From: a candidate division WWE3 bacterium UBA1401
GTDB taxonomy: Bacteria > Patescibacteriota > WWE3 > UBA101185 > UBA10185
NCBI GenBank assembly: GCA_002305115.1
Contig: DBQF01000001.1
Coordinates: forward strand, 92,447 to 156,446
Reading direction: 5' to 3'
DNA length: 64,000 nucleotides
Shown: one piece after another, positions 25,742 to 35,375 of the stretch
Numbering within the stretch: position 1 is the stretch's first letter
Layout: each line of letters starts with the position of its first letter
Notes under the pieces: model-generated
What the model was told of the DNA's origin: nothing
What the model saw: the letters and a program-made list of their open reading frames with translations, nothing else
Database searches by the model: none
Made by a program: the position numbers and the translations under genes

Positions 25742-27034
25742 TTAGAATGCTATAGTTAAATCGGATTCTGCAATATTGCCACACAGCGCTAAGTACCAGG
25801 TGTCCGGTTGGAAAAACATCTGCGCAGTCTCAATAAGATCTTGCCTCGTAGTACTTTCAACTGCCCTCAACCACTCATCCAACTGCAAATACTCATCCGG
25901 CGCCACCAACTCCCCAAAGCCGTGCCTTCTTATCCACGAAGCCGACGTCTGCATGCCTCTTGGCGTAGACTTAATAATTCTATCCTTAGCAAACTGCAAC
26001 TCCTCTTGTGTAATTCCCCCTGTTATCACACTCTTTAACTCTTGCGTAATAATATTCAGCACTTCTTGCACGTGTTCTCTAGAAGTTGAAGTAGCAATTT
26101 CCCATACGCCCGCGTTTGCGTATTTGCTGCTTGTTGCGCTTACATCATATACTAGGCCGGTCTCATACCTAAGTTTTTTAGTTAAAGTAGCAGCTCTTCT
26201 CCCGCCAAGTATCGTTGCCAAGATTAATAAAGGAATATTTTTGGGATCCGCAAAAGGTACTGTTCGAAAGCCAAAAACCAATTGCACCTGGTCTATGCCT
26301 TCATATTTATGCACCATTATGGGCATTTCTTTAGTTTTGGAAATGGGTTCAGAAAAAATGTACCTTGAGGTTATGGGCACAATTAGGCTTTTTTCCAGGC
26401 CACTCACAAGTTCTTCAAGCTCAGTATCCCCGCTGGCTACAATTGCCAGTCCGCCCGAAGTAATCATATCTTGATAAAAATCTACCAGATTCTGTTTAGT
26501 GATGGCTTGAATACTTTCTTTAGTTCCTAATTCGGATTTACCATATGGAGTTTGCTGAAAAAAAACTTGTTTATACACATCCCATATTTGTTTTGAAGGA
26601 TTTGCCAGCTTAGTACCTAATTCTTTGAGGATTGAGCTCCTTTCCATTTCAATAGTTTTTTCATTAAATAGAGGTTTGACAATAATTTCTGTTAGTACAG
26701 TGATTGCGGCATTCAGATCTTCCGAAGTGCCTATTTCTATATCCACCATTAAGGCGTCCAGGCCTGTTGAAGCACCAAACGAGCCCCCCAGGCTTTCAAT
26801 GTAATTGGCTAGTTTGTCTTTTGTTGGGAAGTTTTGGGTGCCAGCCACTAGCATATGTTCTAAAAAGTGCGCTGTGCCTTGTAGGTTAGGTGGATCAAAC
26901 CTTGAGCCGGCCGCGATGATTGCTTGAATGGCGATAGGTGTTCCAGGGCGTTTGAATAGGGTTACCGGGATGCCGTTACTTAGTCTGGTTTGGTGTCTTG
27001 AAACGTTGAAGTTTTGAAATGTGTAGTTTGGCAT
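25742..27034 (-). CDS. M16-family zinc peptidase (insulinase/pitrilysin-like)
   Basis: 430 aa with the inverted zinc-binding motif HFLEH (HxxEH) near the N-terminus and the downstream Glu region. Confidence 0.8.
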   Translation of the reverse strand: MPNYTFQNFNVSRHQTRLSNGIPVTLFKRPGTPIAIQAIIAAGSRFDPPNLQGTAHFLEHMLVAGTQNFPTKDKLANYIESLGGSFGASTGLDALMVDIEIGTSEDLNAAITVLTEIIVKPLFNEKTIEMERSSILKELGTKLANPSKQIWDVYKQVFFQQTPYGKSELGTKESIQAITKQNLVDFYQDMITSGGLAIVASGDTELEELVSGLEKSLIVPITSRYIFSEPISKTKEMPIMVHKYEGIDQVQLVFGFRTVPFADPKNIPLLILATILGGRRAATLTKKLRYETGLVYDVSATSSKYANAGVWEIATSTSREHVQEVLNIITQELKSVITGGITQEELQFAKDRIIKSTPRGMQTSASWIRRHGFGELVAPDEYLQLDEWLRAVESTTRQDLIETAQMFFQPDTWYLALCGNIAESDLTIAF

Positions 27035-27175
27035 GGGGTTTAGGGGGATTATAGTTCAGGAAGGGGCTGGAGGCAATGTTTTGTTGATGTTATGGTTTTT
27101 CTATATCCCCTATAGTATAATCCCGCCAATGGGTTTGTAATCATAAGGGTGCTTATGCATCCAGAGGAGAGGGTT

Positions 27176-27898
27176 ATGAGTTTAGTTTCGTCTGAATTTG
27201 TTCTCGACGAGCATTTCCATTGGCTCTTGAAGTTGGCAGAAATCGGCATTTCTCAAGTCTCCCCTCAGGCCTATATACGCTACTTTTCTTCAGAATACCC
27301 ATATCCGCCTAGAATAACTTTTCATGAGCAACTTGGTAATGTGGAGCCCTATGCGTTTTACTTCTGGAGGAAGGATCTTGGAGACATCACTGTCCATCTT
27401 TCTTTTAGAGATCCCGATGGCAGACTTGTAGCTGATATCATGGCGGCTACCACTGAAGTGAACGTTCGTGTAGGCATTGGCTTAGCAACTACAAATCGGT
27501 TGCTCAAGGGACTTGTTCACGGTAACTCTTGCTATGTCGATTTGCCTGTTTGGCTAGACAGTACCTACTTAGAACGTAGGTGCTGTATTCGTCAGACAAT
27601 CGGTTTAAGTAGGGTTAACCCATTGACGCTACGTTACCCGCAGGTAAAGGTTTCTGCTGACGGCTCTTTTGTACGTTATATTCATTTCATTTCTGAAAGC
27701 AGTAGTTTCGGTATGAGTTGGCGTTTGGAAGGTGGCTGGTCGGGTGTGGGGCTGGAGGAAAGTGGCGTAGTAACGCCATTTTACCCTGAGGCTGCAACCA
27801 AGTGGGTTGCTGGGAAGTCCTACATTGCGTCATCTACTCAGACCGATTCTGCAAGAAGGGACAAGAGGTCATTCTTAAATGTCTTAAGAAGGAGATAA
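27176..27898 (+). CDS. hypothetical protein (start chosen at ATG 27176, which has an AGGAGAGG SD)
   Basis: About 240 aa, moderately GC-elevated, with no recognised motif. Confidence 0.45.
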   Translation: MSLVSSEFVLDEHFHWLLKLAEIGISQVSPQAYIRYFSSEYPYPPRITFHEQLGNVEPYAFYFWRKDLGDITVHLSFRDPDGRLVADIMAATTEVNVRVGIGLATTNRLLKGLVHGNSCYVDLPVWLDSTYLERRCCIRQTIGLSRVNPLTLRYPQVKVSADGSFVRYIHFISESSSFGMSWRLEGGWSGVGLEESGVVTPFYPEAATKWVAGKSYIASSTQTDSARRDKRSFLNVLRRR

Positions 27899-28035
27899 CA
27901 CAGTAATTTGGATTTGTTTATTTCGGCCGGGGAGCCTTTATGGTAAACCGGCCTTTTGTTTGGGAAGGGTTGGTGGCTAACCATTATTGCTGATTCTCCC
28001 CCAACCCCATAAGTTAAGTTCTACATGGTCTCTTC

Positions 28036-28401
28036 CTATTGACAGTCCGCTGGTGGTTTGCGCAGTTGTGAATACCACTTCTCTATAGCCTGTTGTACTG
28101 TTTTACTAGTAATAGTTCGATTTTCATCTGCTAGTACTAGCCTGTACCAAGGAGCTGTCCATCCGCAGTTCTGGCATGTAACTCTAATATAAGCTACCCC
28201 AGGTATAGATCGCTGGTTTTTTTTGTAATACTTAATCTGACCTCTTATTAGTCTAGTTAGCCTATCCACCGGATTGTCATCCGTTTCTGCCCACTCCTCA
28301 AAGAGGTCTATAAGCGGTTCCTCTTCTAGATAGCCTAGAAATTCTACAACAACAATAAGGAAGTGAAGAGCCGTACTTTGTTTTGTTTCCACCTGTCCCA
28401 C
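28036..28401 (-). CDS. hypothetical protein with a CxxC pair
   Basis: 121 aa containing CQNCGW, possibly half of a zinc ribbon. No recognised family. Confidence 0.45.
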   Translation of the reverse strand: MGQVETKQSTALHFLIVVVEFLGYLEEEPLIDLFEEWAETDDNPVDRLTRLIRGQIKYYKKNQRSIPGVAYIRVTCQNCGWTAPWYRLVLADENRTITSKTVQQAIEKWYSQLRKPPADCQ

Positions 28402-28515
28402 AGTGCTCCCCCTTGTGTTTTCTTTGTAGCTGCAGCGAGTGCCGATGGCAGGATTATAGCATGGAGACTTTAAAGATTGAATTTATAGGGCGTTTAGTGC
28501 TATTCTCCTCTCGGA

Positions 28516-28863
28516 GTGCTTTATAGGGGAATAGACATGTATAGAGTGTTTATAGGTGTTGCCTTCACCTGTCTTTGCTTTTTGGTACTCTCCATTCACC
28601 AACTACACAGGTGTAGCAACAGCGAAAACATAGGGAGCGTACGAACACTGTTCCAGCCTTTTGTTACCTTGGCTTACGTGGGTGGTGTCTTTTCCGTGGC
28701 ATTTGCTGTGCTCTTCTTTGGCAATCAGCTCGATCTTGATGACGCCTTCGGCCTGGTGATCCTATTCATTGGGCTATCTTGGCTGGCTGCTGCATACATT
28801 GGTATAGCCAAGTTGCCAGCAGTACACCTCCCAAGAACTTTTCGATTCTTGCGCCGCAAGTGA
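28516..28863 (+). CDS. hypothetical membrane protein
   Basis: 115 aa with three hydrophobic helices. Confidence 0.4.
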   Translation: MLYRGIDMYRVFIGVAFTCLCFLVLSIHQLHRCSNSENIGSVRTLFQPFVTLAYVGGVFSVAFAVLFFGNQLDLDDAFGLVILFIGLSWLAAAYIGIAKLPAVHLPRTFRFLRRK

Positions 28864-29308
28864 CGTTTTGGCATGGGGGATATTTAGTAAATAACAGGCA
28901 CTCCTATCCCCCGCCCACTCTTCCCGTTACACTATAAGACAAAATTTTGATATACTTCGCCGCGGGAGTGCCTCGAATAGGAGGGATTGATGAGTCTGTT
29001 AATTTCTGTGGTTGGGTTTGTTGCCGCTTTTTCGGTCTTTTTTGTAGTACAGATCATCGACGTTGTTATATTTTACCTGCGCTAACGTATTTTGCTTGTG
29101 GGAGGTACCAAACATTAGCACTCCTCCTCCCACAGCCCGCCTCCATAGCTCAACAATCTGCCAAACTCAAAAACCTCCTAACCTCCATACAAACATTCAT
29201 AAAATATCATCCATTGTCATAAAGCCTTAGACTTCCAAAACCTTACAACCTCCCTTGCTATAAAAAAGCACTTGCCAAAACTTGCCACTATACCCACCTT
29301 CTATATAA

Positions 29309-31189
29309 TTGCGCCCTATGTCTAAATTTCCTATCACTCCCATACTCTTTTCCCTCACAGTACTTACTTTGGCTGTGCCAAGACTAGCCCACGCAGATAT
29401 TAATTCCTGGCAGAAAGGCCTAACACTAAGATTAACCAACGAAAATACTTCGGATGTAGATGCTTCCTTGCGCACGCTGGCTGAAACCGGTGCCAACTAC
29501 GTTACCATTACACCCGGCTGGCTTACGGACAACGAAAAATCAAGCAACGTGTACAGAAAAGCCCGAACACCCTCTGATGAAATTCTCATCTACACGATAA
29601 AAAAAGCCCATACCATGGGTTTGAAAGTAATGCTTAAGCCACACATTGATATTAGTAACGGCAACTGGCGCGCGTTCATAGATCCAAACGACAAAGCTAC
29701 CTTCTTCAAAAACTACGGCAACATGATTATGCACTACGCCAACATAGCAAAAGACAACAACGTTGCTATGTTTTCCGTAGGTTGTGAATTGTACAAACTC
29801 ACCACCAACCAAGCTAACGAACACTATTGGCGAGATCTTATCGCTCAAGTAAGAAGTGTGTATAAAGGTGGCCTAACCTACAGTGCTACTGCCAGCAGTA
29901 GTTACTATGATGAAACAATCTTGCCATTCTGGGACGCTTTGGATTACGTAGGTGTTGATATTTACAGGAAGCTTGCTGATGACAAAAATCCTCCTATTTC
30001 TGAAATGCTGGCCAATTGGCAAAAAGTAGAAAATGACTTTGTGCTTCCATTAAAGAACAGAGTCAAAAAGCCAATTCTTATCACAGAACTGGGCTATAGG
30101 AGTATAGATGGTGCCGCAATGGAGCCGGAAAACTATACTCAAGACGCTTCCGTGGATTTGCAGGAACAAGCAGACTTGTATAAAGCCATGTTGGAATTCT
30201 GGAAAGATAAAGATTATATGGTAGGAATTCACATTTGGGACTGGAAACCCTGGGAAAATGCCGGAGGTTCTACAGACAAAGACTATACCGCTCAGAATAA
30301 ACCTGCTGAAGATGTGCTGACCTCCTATTGGAAAGGTAGCTCAACCCCTTCTGAACCTACAGAGCCTACCCAACCCCAGCCAACACAGTCAACGCTTACT
30401 GTAGGAAGCACCTTCTTCACAGATCGTGACTATACTATCAAGGCGTTACCCAAGTATTTGGAAGGGCTTGAATTGCTAAAAACTAAGAACGATGATAAAT
30501 ACTCAACTAATTCGAACTATCTATCGTTTGATTTAGCTCAAGACGCTACTGTCTATGTGTTGTTTGACGGCAGGGCAACCTCCTTACCAAAATGGCTAGA
30601 CGGGTGGACAAAGCAACCAGCGCAAGTGGCAACTACAGATACTACCTTTAATGTGTATGAGAAAACTTTTGGCGCAAGTAGTGTAACTCTAGGTGGTAAC
30701 GCTGTTTCACCTATGAGTGGAGCTCAAAGTAACTATTTTGTAGCTATTGCAAAAGGTACCACTTCGGCGCCTGTTGAGAGTTTAATTTCTGATCTAACAG
30801 TTAAAGGCGCAAAGGCTACAGCGCAGACTGTAGCCAAGGGCAGCAAACTATACACCGATAGAGACTACACTATTACTTTGTTACCTAGTGAGCTTGTAGC
30901 CGGCAGCCATGTGCAAACGGCTAACGATGACAAGTACAGCACCAGCAGTAACTATGTGCAGTTTGCCTTAGGAAGTGCTGCCAACGTTTATGTAGTTTTT
31001 GACAATAGAGCAACTTCTTTACCGCACTGGCTTAGCAGCTGGGAAAAGACAAGCAACGTTATTGACACTTCGGATGTGAAATTTACTGTATACAAGAAGA
31101 GCTTTAATGCGGGTGATGTTGTGTTAGGTGGAAATGGTGTTTCGCCCATGAATGGTGCCCAAAGTAACTATTTTGTGATTGTGAAGTAA
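29309..31189 (+). CDS. secreted glycoside hydrolase (TIM-barrel clan GH-A-like) with two tandem ~125-aa C-terminal repeat domains (putative carbohydrate-binding modules)
   Basis: 626 aa with a signal peptide. The catalytic region includes a nucleophile-like ILITELGY and an acid/base-like VGCELY. Two C-terminal repeats share F/YTDRDYTI...NDDKYST.SNY..F.L....VYV.FD.RATSLP.WL..W.K...V...D..F.VY.K.F.A..V.LGGN.VSPM.GAQSNYFV. Confidence 0.7.
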   Translation: MRPMSKFPITPILFSLTVLTLAVPRLAHADINSWQKGLTLRLTNENTSDVDASLRTLAETGANYVTITPGWLTDNEKSSNVYRKARTPSDEILIYTIKKAHTMGLKVMLKPHIDISNGNWRAFIDPNDKATFFKNYGNMIMHYANIAKDNNVAMFSVGCELYKLTTNQANEHYWRDLIAQVRSVYKGGLTYSATASSSYYDETILPFWDALDYVGVDIYRKLADDKNPPISEMLANWQKVENDFVLPLKNRVKKPILITELGYRSIDGAAMEPENYTQDASVDLQEQADLYKAMLEFWKDKDYMVGIHIWDWKPWENAGGSTDKDYTAQNKPAEDVLTSYWKGSSTPSEPTEPTQPQPTQSTLTVGSTFFTDRDYTIKALPKYLEGLELLKTKNDDKYSTNSNYLSFDLAQDATVYVLFDGRATSLPKWLDGWTKQPAQVATTDTTFNVYEKTFGASSVTLGGNAVSPMSGAQSNYFVAIAKGTTSAPVESLISDLTVKGAKATAQTVAKGSKLYTDRDYTITLLPSELVAGSHVQTANDDKYSTSSNYVQFALGSAANVYVVFDNRATSLPHWLSSWEKTSNVIDTSDVKFTVYKKSFNAGDVVLGGNGVSPMNGAQSNYFVIVK

Positions 31190-31206
31190 CGCCCTTGTAT
31201 TCCCCT

Positions 31207-33615
31207 TTAGGGGGCGCCGTATGGTGCCCCCATAAAGGTTACTTTAGATCTTTCGGCTAATTCCTCAAGCCTTGCTTGCGCTTTCCCATAAACAGAATCT
31301 TTGGGATATCTGCCATCCTCTGTTTTTTCCCCCGCAGGCATACCTGTTAACAGCTCTATTCCTTCGGTAATATGCTTTATCGGATAAATGGCAAACTGGC
31401 CTTGTTTTACTGCCTCAATTACTTCATCTTTAAGTACCAGATTTTTTACATTACTCTCTGGAATCAGTACACCTTGTGTGCCTGTTAAACCTTTAACTTT
31501 ACATATTTCAAAAAAGCCTTCGATTTTTTCATTCACCCCGCCAATAGCTTGTACCTGACCTTGCTGGTTTACCGAACCTGTAGTAGCAATATCTTGCCTA
31601 AGGGGTAGTCCGGCCAAACTTGATAACAGTACATAAAGTTCTGCAGAAGAAGCACTGTCACCTTCTACTTCTGAATAGCTTTGTTCAAAGGCCAGGCTTG
31701 CCCATAGCGCTAATGGTATATGCGCGAAAGCTTCCCGTAAGTAGCCGGTTAAAATTAACACACCTTTGTTGTGAATCTTGCCGCCCAGTTCCGTTTCCCG
31801 CTCAATGTTAACTACACCTTCCCTGCCCGCACTCACCCTTGCGGTGATTCTGGAAGGTTTTCCAAAGGCGTAATCTCCCAACTGCGTCACAGCGAGACCA
31901 TTTATTTGTCCTGTTTCATATTCTTTGGTTTCTATAAGCAAGGTGCCTTCTTTAATCATATCTTTAATAATTTCGTCGATTTTGTTAGATCTATATATCT
32001 TTTTATCGATGGCTGTTTTTACATCTACATCTTGTACGAGATTATGATGTGTCTTTCCTGCCCAAAAGCTTGATTCACGAATAAGGTTGGAAAGAGTTTC
32101 GAATTTTGTAGACAATTTAGTTTGGCTGCCTACTATTCTGGAAGCATACTCTATAAAAGCCGCTACCCCGCCTGGCGCAAAATGGATTAAACCTTCTTCT
32201 GTGCATAGTTTAGCTACATATCTTGCATAAGCAAGAGCACTATCCTCATTCCAGTCTGTAAAAGCAGAAAAGTCGGCTTGAACTTTAAATAATCTGCGAA
32301 AATCGTCATCCAGATAATAAAGTAAGTAATAAATCCAGGAACTTCCTAGAACTACTACTTTAACGTCTAAAGGAATTGGCTGTGGTTCTAGTGTTTTTGT
32401 TACTGTAGTTCTGTATTCTTTACCCAGTACTTCTATTTGAATTTCTTTTTGTTCCAGTGCTCTTTTAAGTGCCTCCCAGGCAAATGGTTTAGTAAGAATA
32501 TCTTGCGCTTTCACTAACAGATAACCCCCGTTTGCTTTATGTAGTGCTCCGGGTTTTATATTTTGGAAATTAGTAACTAGCGCTCCAAACTGTACTTCAA
32601 ATTCGATGGTACCTACCAGATTATGGTAGTTAGGGTTTTCTTCGACTATGACTGGTGCGCCCTTCTGTTGGGAATTATCCACAATTAAATTTACCTTGTA
32701 AGTATCCAGGGAAGGTTTACGCTCAAACAATCTGGCCAGGGGATTCGCGCTATCTTCTTTCTTGCTCATGCCTTTAAACAGATCAGTTTTATCTAAAATA
32801 TCTTGTTCCACGTTTGTTATAAAGCCGATTACTTTTTTGTACTGTGCATATCGAACTTTTAACGGTTCGATGTGTGGTTTTATGGCTTCTTTTAGCATCT
32901 CTTTGTCTAGTGATCCCAGTTTTGTCTTGAATTCTTGCTGGACTTGTTTAGCCTGTCTTAGGATAGTATTAAGTTTTTGTTGCAACTCCTCCTTATATTT
33001 TTCAAGTTTTTCCAGGGTTCTTTTATTTAGCTGATCGTATTTATCTGGTGATATAACTTCGCCGTTTATGACCGGCATAACGATAAAGCCTTGTGGTGCC
33101 TCTATTACTGTAAAGTTTTTTGTTTTGGCTTCAGTTTCAAACTCTTTAAGCAGATTTGTTTTCTGTTCTTCCACGTCCTTTTGCAATGTTTCTATTTTTT
33201 GTTGATATTCTTTTTGTTCGAATATATCAGGAACTTCTGTTTCGAGTACCCGCACTAATCCTGCCATATCTTCGCACAGCTGTCTGCCTTTTCCTGAAGG
33301 TAAATTTATTGCTATTGGTTTATCCGGTTCTGCAAAGTTATTAACGTACATCCATTCATCCGGTACTTGTTCATCTTCTGCAAGTTTTTGTAGAAAGCTG
33401 TAAGTTATGTCTTTTTTTCTCAGATCTGAATCACCTAAGGCAAATACGTGATACCCGTTATTTTTTATGTTAGTACCAAATGCTAAGGCTTCCATAGCCC
33501 GCTCCTGGCCAATAACTATTTCTAGTGGGTCTATTTCTTTGGTGCTTGTAAAGTTAAACCAGGAGGCATCAACTTTGCGTTTAAGCTTTTCGGGTTCCAG
33601 AGGTTGTATAGACAT
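31207..33615 (-). CDS. Lon-like protease (AAA_32-type N-domain with a degenerate Walker A, plus a C-terminal S16 Lon protease domain; LonC/YcbZ-like)
   Basis: 802 aa. The C-terminal Ser-Lys dyad context is GDSASSAELYVLLSSLAG ... GGVNEKIEGF. The N-terminal region has IGQERAMEAL but no GxxxxGK[ST]. Confidence 0.65.
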   Translation of the reverse strand: MSIQPLEPEKLKRKVDASWFNFTSTKEIDPLEIVIGQERAMEALAFGTNIKNNGYHVFALGDSDLRKKDITYSFLQKLAEDEQVPDEWMYVNNFAEPDKPIAINLPSGKGRQLCEDMAGLVRVLETEVPDIFEQKEYQQKIETLQKDVEEQKTNLLKEFETEAKTKNFTVIEAPQGFIVMPVINGEVISPDKYDQLNKRTLEKLEKYKEELQQKLNTILRQAKQVQQEFKTKLGSLDKEMLKEAIKPHIEPLKVRYAQYKKVIGFITNVEQDILDKTDLFKGMSKKEDSANPLARLFERKPSLDTYKVNLIVDNSQQKGAPVIVEENPNYHNLVGTIEFEVQFGALVTNFQNIKPGALHKANGGYLLVKAQDILTKPFAWEALKRALEQKEIQIEVLGKEYRTTVTKTLEPQPIPLDVKVVVLGSSWIYYLLYYLDDDFRRLFKVQADFSAFTDWNEDSALAYARYVAKLCTEEGLIHFAPGGVAAFIEYASRIVGSQTKLSTKFETLSNLIRESSFWAGKTHHNLVQDVDVKTAIDKKIYRSNKIDEIIKDMIKEGTLLIETKEYETGQINGLAVTQLGDYAFGKPSRITARVSAGREGVVNIERETELGGKIHNKGVLILTGYLREAFAHIPLALWASLAFEQSYSEVEGDSASSAELYVLLSSLAGLPLRQDIATTGSVNQQGQVQAIGGVNEKIEGFFEICKVKGLTGTQGVLIPESNVKNLVLKDEVIEAVKQGQFAIYPIKHITEGIELLTGMPAGEKTEDGRYPKDSVYGKAQARLEELAERSKVTFMGAPYGAP

Positions 33616-33678
33616 GGTATTAAACTTACTGGTTTAAGGTTAAAAACTGATAAGAATAATGCTAGAGTTGTGTGTATC

Positions 33679-34512
33679 CTATGGTTTGTCTATTTTGGTG
33701 ACGGTGTTATTTTCTAAAGTTACGTAGCTAAGTACAGCGTTGTTATCTTCGTTTATTTCACTAATGCTATTTGCAGGGTCTATTACAGAACGGATAATAT
33801 AATTGCCATTGGCTATACCGGTGATATCTATCATCTGGCCTTCCACTCCTGCTCCATACTTATCTATCCAGCCTACCGACAAGCCTTGTGTTTTTTTGTT
33901 ACACCCCACATAAGTCTGGCTGGCCGCGTTATCTTGCGGCGCCTCTTTATACTGTTCCCAGTCTTGAATACAAAAGCTCATCTTTTCTGTGGCGGCAAGC
34001 TTTTCTTCCGGCATCCTATCGTCACCTATGGTCCAGAGTTCGAAATTGGTGATATTTTCCAAATGCCAGTGGCTGTGTTCAGGATGATATATAAATTTTC
34101 CTACAACTCTTTGCTGAGTGCCGCCATTTTCAGTATAAATTGTTTGGAGTACTTGGGTTGTATCTGCTTCTGGATTGTCTTTACTGGTCAGCTCTAGAGG
34201 CCCCTTACCCAAGTTTGCAAAAGAGGTGCTAAATCTCAGTTCCTTTTGGCCATTAGTTTGTTGTATAAGGAGTTTTTCCGGGGGTAGTATGACAAGGTCT
34301 GGCAAAAGTAAGTTTTGTGTATTAACAGTTTTTTGATCTCCCGCTTTTGTCCTATTCTGGTACGCTCTGATGCCTAGTGTTCCTATGACTATTAGTACTG
34401 CCAGCAGTATATACTTATGCACGTCGTTAGTATGTGGTGTTGGTATTAATTTAACGTGAAAGTGTTGTAATAGTTGTGTAATTACTTTGTTTCTTAATGT
34501 CCTCTTGAGCAA
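33679..34512 (-). CDS. secreted or membrane-anchored protein with a lysyl-oxidase-like copper-binding His motif (tentative)
   Basis: 277 aa with an N-terminal TM or signal segment. HPEHSHWHLE resembles the LOX HxHxH copper site (WEWHSCHQHYH), and Tyr and Lys candidates lie downstream. Confidence 0.35.
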   Translation of the reverse strand: MLKRTLRNKVITQLLQHFHVKLIPTPHTNDVHKYILLAVLIVIGTLGIRAYQNRTKAGDQKTVNTQNLLLPDLVILPPEKLLIQQTNGQKELRFSTSFANLGKGPLELTSKDNPEADTTQVLQTIYTENGGTQQRVVGKFIYHPEHSHWHLENITNFELWTIGDDRMPEEKLAATEKMSFCIQDWEQYKEAPQDNAASQTYVGCNKKTQGLSVGWIDKYGAGVEGQMIDITGIANGNYIIRSVIDPANSISEINEDNNAVLSYVTLENNTVTKIDKP

Positions 34513-34573
34513 TTCTAATTACTCTCTTATGTTCACTGGTTATTCTTACGCAAAGAATGGGGGTGATTAGTGT

Positions 34574-34768
34574 ATGGTAAGTACCGCAGATGTAATGCAA
34601 GCAGTCTCAGGGATAGACTTACCTAAGAGTAAGCAGGAAGTTGTTGATTACGCTAAAAAGAAGGGTGCTTCCGGCGAGGTAATGTCTGCTTTGCAAAAGT
34701 TGCCCGAACGACAATATGAAGACGCCACAGATATAACTGAGGCTATGGGCGAGATGGAAGAAATGTAA
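34574..34768 (+). CDS. DUF2795-like small protein
   Basis: 64-aa acidic small protein whose pattern (DLPKSKQEVVDYAKKKGASGEVMSALQKLPERQYED) is typical of DUF2795. Confidence 0.5.
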   Translation: MVSTADVMQAVSGIDLPKSKQEVVDYAKKKGASGEVMSALQKLPERQYEDATDITEAMGEMEEM

Positions 34769-34832
34769 GAGGCTACTTTTGGGGGGTACAATACTGTACC
34801 CCCCTTGCGGGGGTACTCGCAATGTAATTATT

Positions 34833-35375
34833 ATGCCGAGTTATGCTACAGCTGTGTTTGGAGCAGGGTGCTTTTGGTGCACCGAAGCGATTTTTACCCG
34901 ATTAAAAGGTGTAGTTGAAGTTATACCCGGCTATGCCGGAGGTACTACAGAGAAACCTACATATTTACAGGTTTCCAGAGGATCTACCGGGCACGCTGAA
35001 GTAGTCAAGGTTATATTTGATCCCCAAATTATCTCTTATACAGATTTATTGGACGTATTTTTCAGTATGCATGACCCAACTACGTTGAACAGGCAGGGGG
35101 CTGATGTGGGGACGCAGTATAGATCTATGATTTTGTATACAGCCGAAGACCAGCGTGTGGAGGCAAAACGGTATATTCAAGATTTAGCTGCGTCTGGTAA
35201 GTTTGATTCTCCTATTGTTACCGAAGTACAACCACTAGACCGGTTTTATGCCGCTGAGCCGTTTCATAGAGATTATTACGCTGCTAACCCCAATGTGCCT
35301 TATTGTGTTTTAGTGGTTGACCCTAAAATTGAGCATCTCAAACGTGCTCAACCTGGTCTGTACAGAGAACTTTAA
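34833..35375 (+). CDS. msrA: peptide methionine sulfoxide reductase MsrA (start set at the first in-frame ATG; the track ORF begins at TTG 34779)
   Basis: Active-site GCFWC motif, plus downstream HDPT and QY.S motifs. Confidence 0.85.
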   Translation: MPSYATAVFGAGCFWCTEAIFTRLKGVVEVIPGYAGGTTEKPTYLQVSRGSTGHAEVVKVIFDPQIISYTDLLDVFFSMHDPTTLNRQGADVGTQYRSMILYTAEDQRVEAKRYIQDLAASGKFDSPIVTEVQPLDRFYAAEPFHRDYYAANPNVPYCVLVVDPKIEHLKRAQPGLYREL

